From assembly GCA_031285625.1 (NCBI GenBank), contig JAITVV010000083.1:1-18803 (forward strand): a stretch of 18,803 nucleotides of DNA. The letters are read 5' to 3'. Under the pieces are notes generated by a model. That model ran no database searches and was not told the DNA's origin. It saw only the letters and a list, made by a program, of their open reading frames with translations. Numbering within the stretch: position 1 is the stretch's first letter; every line of letters starts with the position of its first letter. Below are positions 15,497 through 18,803 of this stretch, piece by piece. Position numbers and translations under genes: made by a program. This DNA comes from Prevotella sp. (GTDB lineage Bacteria > Bacteroidota > Bacteroidia > Bacteroidales > Dysgonomonadaceae).

Positions 15497-16841
15497 ATAT
15501 AGTGTTCCGGTGCCAAGGTATACAAGTTATCCCCCGGCTAACTTCTTCAATGAATCATTCAATGCGGATTCATATAAGGATGCTATTATTAAATCGAACG
15601 AACAGAGTCCTCAGCATATATCGATCTATATCCATATCCCGTTCTGTTTCCAGATGTGTTTCTATTGCGGATGCAACTCGCAACTACTGAAAGACAATCA
15701 TGTAATAAAAGACTACATTAATGCCTTAAAAAAGGAAATAAGGATGGTACTTCCTCTATTAGACCATAGCAGGAAAATATCTCAAATACATTATGGAGGT
15801 GGGACTCCAACCTCTCAACCAGTATCTGTACTCAAAAAAATCAACCAAATGATTTTTTCCGAGTTTGATTGCATCAAAGACCCTGAGATAGCTATAGAAT
15901 GTCATCCGGGATATATGGACGAAGACTACTGGAATGAGCTTATCGATGCCGGATTTAACCGTATCAGTATAGGAGTACAGGATTTTAATGAAGACGTGCT
16001 GAAAGCATCTAACCGGAAACTTTCGCGGATGCCGATGGAGGATATTGTACATATATTAAGAAGCAGGAGTATGGCGCTAAATATGGATTTTATATATGGG
16101 CTTCCGTTACAGACACCTGAATCTTTTGCAGAGACAATCAATAAAGCTATCTCTTTAAAGCCGGATAGAATAGTGACTTTCTCTTATGCCCATGTGCCTT
16201 GGGTGAATGAGTTGCAAAAGAACCTTGAAAAGATAGGCCTACCATCAGTTTCTATAAAAAATGAGATATACGAAACAACAAAGAAACTGCTGACGGATGC
16301 GGGATATAAAACAATAGGCCTCGACCATTTTGTATTACCCAACGACGAGCTCTACGAGGCTTTAGAGTCGAAAGCTTTGCACCGTAATTTTCAGGGATAT
16401 TGCACACGCCGTACTACCGGACAGGTTTATGCTTTTGGCATTACAGGTATTAGTCAGCTGGCGACAGCATATAGCCAGAATACTAAAGACCTGAGCACAT
16501 ACATATCTCAGGTAAATGCAGGCCAATATCCTATAGCTAAAGGTTATATTTTGAATAAGGAAGAACAGATAACACGCGAAATTATATCTGCCCTGATGTG
16601 TAACTATACTGTCAACTGGGAAGACATAGCAACCCGGATGAATTTATCTGTGGCAGATGTAAAAGGGGCACTAAATTATAAAGAGGAAGTATTAACCGAT
16701 TTCGCGAAAGATGGTATTATTAAATTTGACAACGATTATATCACAGTCTTACCTGATGCAGCACCATTTGTGCGCAATGTAGCAGCCTCTCTGGATAAAC
16801 TGATGTTGAATAGCAATAAGCGATATTCTAAGTCGGTGTAA
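15474..16841 (+). CDS. hemN: Oxygen-independent coproporphyrinogen III oxidase (radical SAM)
   Basis: N-terminal PRYTSYP, YIHIPFCFQMCFYCGCN (CxxxCxxC), HYGGGTP, GLDHF and HRNFQGY; the last distinguishes true HemN from HemW. ATG at 15474 overlaps the MFS gene end by 23 nt. Confidence 0.93.
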   Translation: MKQELLNKYSVPVPRYTSYPPANFFNESFNADSYKDAIIKSNEQSPQHISIYIHIPFCFQMCFYCGCNSQLLKDNHVIKDYINALKKEIRMVLPLLDHSRKISQIHYGGGTPTSQPVSVLKKINQMIFSEFDCIKDPEIAIECHPGYMDEDYWNELIDAGFNRISIGVQDFNEDVLKASNRKLSRMPMEDIVHILRSRSMALNMDFIYGLPLQTPESFAETINKAISLKPDRIVTFSYAHVPWVNELQKNLEKIGLPSVSIKNEIYETTKKLLTDAGYKTIGLDHFVLPNDELYEALESKALHRNFQGYCTRRTTGQVYAFGITGISQLATAYSQNTKDLSTYISQVNAGQYPIAKGYILNKEEQITREIISALMCNYTVNWEDIATRMNLSVADVKGALNYKEEVLTDFAKDGIIKFDNDYITVLPDAAPFVRNVAASLDKLMLNSNKRYSKSV

Positions 16842-16913
16842 TTACGAATATAAAAAGACTGCTTTTATATGAAAAATTTCTATCTTGCATAGATAAACCT
16901 TAATCAACGATTA

Positions 16914-17534
16914 ATGAAAACTTTTTTTAAATTCTTACTATTTGTGTGTATTTCATGTTATCTGATATCTTGCAACAGCGATATGGATAATTCAGAAGAA
17001 TCCAACGCCTACAGATTCTATTCCATTATGTGGAAATTAGATGATGGAGACGGACTGGAAGTACTGGACTATAAAACACACGAAGTCTTTTATAATAATG
17101 AAAACAAGGATATAAATATTGTTTTCGAATCAATGGAAGAAGTTGAGGATTACTCTTATTTTCATGAAACCGAAAATGCAGAATTATTGAAAAAACTATT
17201 AGGTAAGGACTCCATTGTATCAATACCATCTGAATATAACTATCTATTTTCTGATTACAGTTCTTTTAGTGGAACAGAAGCTCCCTTACGTATTGGAGAA
17301 AAGGTAAAACTACATCCACTCATGGCCGCCGCATCTGTGACAAGATTGCCACCAAACTGTAAATTGACTCAAGATAGAACAGTGTATCAAGATAAAATAA
17401 CAGCGACTTATTCCATCCGATTTGTCTCCAAAAAAGACTGGTTTGATTATAAAGAAATACAAGGGAAATGGACTGGAGTATTTTTCAGAGATATAGAAGA
17501 AAATCCTGTAGTCGAAGAGATTGGAGTTGAATAA
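16914..17534 (+). CDS. Hypothetical lipoprotein, probably surface exposed
   Basis: SPII signal peptide with lipobox LISC, followed by acidic NSDMDNSEE resembling a Bacteroidetes lipoprotein export signal. Confidence 0.75.
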   Translation: MKTFFKFLLFVCISCYLISCNSDMDNSEESNAYRFYSIMWKLDDGDGLEVLDYKTHEVFYNNENKDINIVFESMEEVEDYSYFHETENAELLKKLLGKDSIVSIPSEYNYLFSDYSSFSGTEAPLRIGEKVKLHPLMAAASVTRLPPNCKLTQDRTVYQDKITATYSIRFVSKKDWFDYKEIQGKWTGVFFRDIEENPVVEEIGVE

Positions 17535-17558
17535 TGAAAACTATATTCTGAATCAGTA

Positions 17559-17593
17559 TAAAAAACAGCCTCAATCGAATGATTAAGACTGTT
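17559..17593 (-). terminator. Intrinsic terminator for fabG (possibly bidirectional)
   Basis: Minus strand AACAGTCTTAATC-ATTC-GATTGAGGCTGTT followed by TTTTA. Confidence 0.7.
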
Positions 17594-17620
17594 CTATAAT
17601 ATCTAAGTTCTTTGAAATAA

Positions 17621-18361
17621 TTACATACCTCCTGTAACCGGAATAACTTCTCCCGTAACATAAGCAGAAAGGTCAGAACCTAAGAATACAGCTACATTTG
17701 CTACATCCTCAGGAGTACCTCCGCGGCGCAATGGAATTTGCTCTGCCCATTTCTTCTTTACATCATCAGAAAGAACTCCTGTCATTTCTGTGATAATGAA
17801 TCCAGGACAGATACAGTTTGCACGCACGTTTCTTGAGCCTAATTCTTTCGCAACAGATTTAGCCAGACCTATCATACCCGCTTTAGATGCAGAATAGTTT
17901 GCTTGTCCGGCATTACCGTTAATCCCTACCACAGAGCTCATGTTGATAACATTTCCGCTCTTTTGCTTCATAAATATCGGTGTAAGCGCATGGATAAAGT
18001 TAAATGCCGACTTCAGATTGATATTGATTACCATATCCCATTGTTGCTCCGACATACGCATAACCAGACCATCACGTGTAATACCGGCATTATTAATAAG
18101 AATATCTATTTGTCCAAAATCTTTTGCTATTTCTTCAACCACCTTATGAGCATCTTCAAAATTTGCAGCATTCGATGCATATCCTTTAACCTTTACGCCA
18201 AATTTAGCTATTTCAGCTTCAGTTGCTTTTGCATTGTCATCGATAGCCAAGTCTGTGAATGCAATATTTGCTCCATGTTCAGCATATTTTAGTGCAATGG
18301 CTTTACCTATACCACGTGCAGCACCTGTAATAATAGCGGTTTTACCTTCTAGTAATTTCAT
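17621..18361 (-). CDS. fabG: 3-oxoacyl-[ACP] reductase
   Basis: SDR motifs TGAARGIG, NNAGITRD, SSVVG, GQANYSASKAG (YxxxK) and PGFI.T.MT. Confidence 0.95.
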   Translation of the reverse strand: MKLLEGKTAIITGAARGIGKAIALKYAEHGANIAFTDLAIDDNAKATEAEIAKFGVKVKGYASNAANFEDAHKVVEEIAKDFGQIDILINNAGITRDGLVMRMSEQQWDMVININLKSAFNFIHALTPIFMKQKSGNVINMSSVVGINGNAGQANYSASKAGMIGLAKSVAKELGSRNVRANCICPGFIITEMTGVLSDDVKKKWAEQIPLRRGGTPEDVANVAVFLGSDLSAYVTGEVIPVTGGM

Positions 18362-18399
18362 AATTTTAAATATAAATTAGAATATAATTTGTTTACAAT

Positions 18400-18803
18400 C
18401 TATTTCTTCTTTTTGATGCCTTCAAATATCAGGTAGGCGATATTTTCCCTCTGCGACTCCGTTTGCAGACTTTCGGCCCTTATCTGTCCTCTTATGTATG
18501 GAACTTCCAAACCCTTTAATGCATGGTGCAGGATTTCAGCTGTTGCCTGTGTATCCGGCATTTCAAAAGTACCTTCTTCCACTCCTTTGTTCAGGATATC
18601 CTTTAACACCTGTATTTCTTTTATATCAAATGATTTACGTACATTCTGCACACGCCATATATCACGGAAGAAATCAGCCTTGAGTGTACCGTTTCGCGCA
18701 ACCACATTCTTAACAGCATCAAAACGGGTATAGAAGAATAACAGAAGTTTTTCGTCAGCAGGAAGTTTCTTATTTGCAACAGTTTGCAGTGCATGATACA
18801 TCT
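18400..18803 (-). CDS. TetR/AcrR family transcriptional regulator, C-terminal part (start outside window)
   Basis: Helical ligand-binding region with ILNKGVEEGTF and ALKGLEVPYIRG, directly upstream of fabG as usual in Bacteroidales. The HTH is not visible in the window. Confidence 0.75.
   Translation of the reverse strand, partial: MYHALQTVANKKLPADEKLLLFFYTRFDAVKNVVARNGTLKADFFRDIWRVQNVRKSFDIKEIQVLKDILNKGVEEGTFEMPDTQATAEILHHALKGLEVPYIRGQIRAESLQTESQRENIAYLIFEGIKKKK

Noticed and set aside
825-18733. Remaining short antisense or nested ORFs (e.g. 825-1178, 3127-3510, 6085-6567, 8565-8936, 12580-12960, 17903-18292)
   Set aside because: All are nested in well-supported genes and have no recognisable motifs.

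Overview
An AT-rich Bacteroidales chromosomal window. The TAnnTTTG promoters, rplS N-terminus and TetR-fabG pair support this; Dysgonomonas-like is an inference. It lies between the start of rplS (L19) and a TetR-fabG pair. Contents in order: (1) rplS start with a candidate L19 leader RNA; (2) a TonB-dependent siderophore-type receptor and a PepSY-TM protein, separated by an ~80-nt promoter-repeat-terminator unit that looks like an unannotated small RNA; (3) a GH2 glycosidase, an orphan AEP-primase-like gene and a GH92 alpha-mannosidase; (4) a divergent locus with a HemY/HemG-like flavoprotein, a FyuA-like TonB receptor, an AmpG/RhtX/FptX-like MFS permease and a true HemN, which is a candidate porphyrin-scavenging system; (5) an orphan lipoprotein with an aerolysin/ETX-like C-terminal pattern; (6) fabG and a partial TetR gene. 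An ATCAC-N8-GTGAT-like box overlaps the -33 element at the same spacing in three promoters (both TonB receptors and the candidate sRNA), which suggests one regulon. Three TGTCAT-type palindromic repeats and a second short repeat family lie in intergenic regions. All functional calls come from motif recognition by eye; no database search was run.
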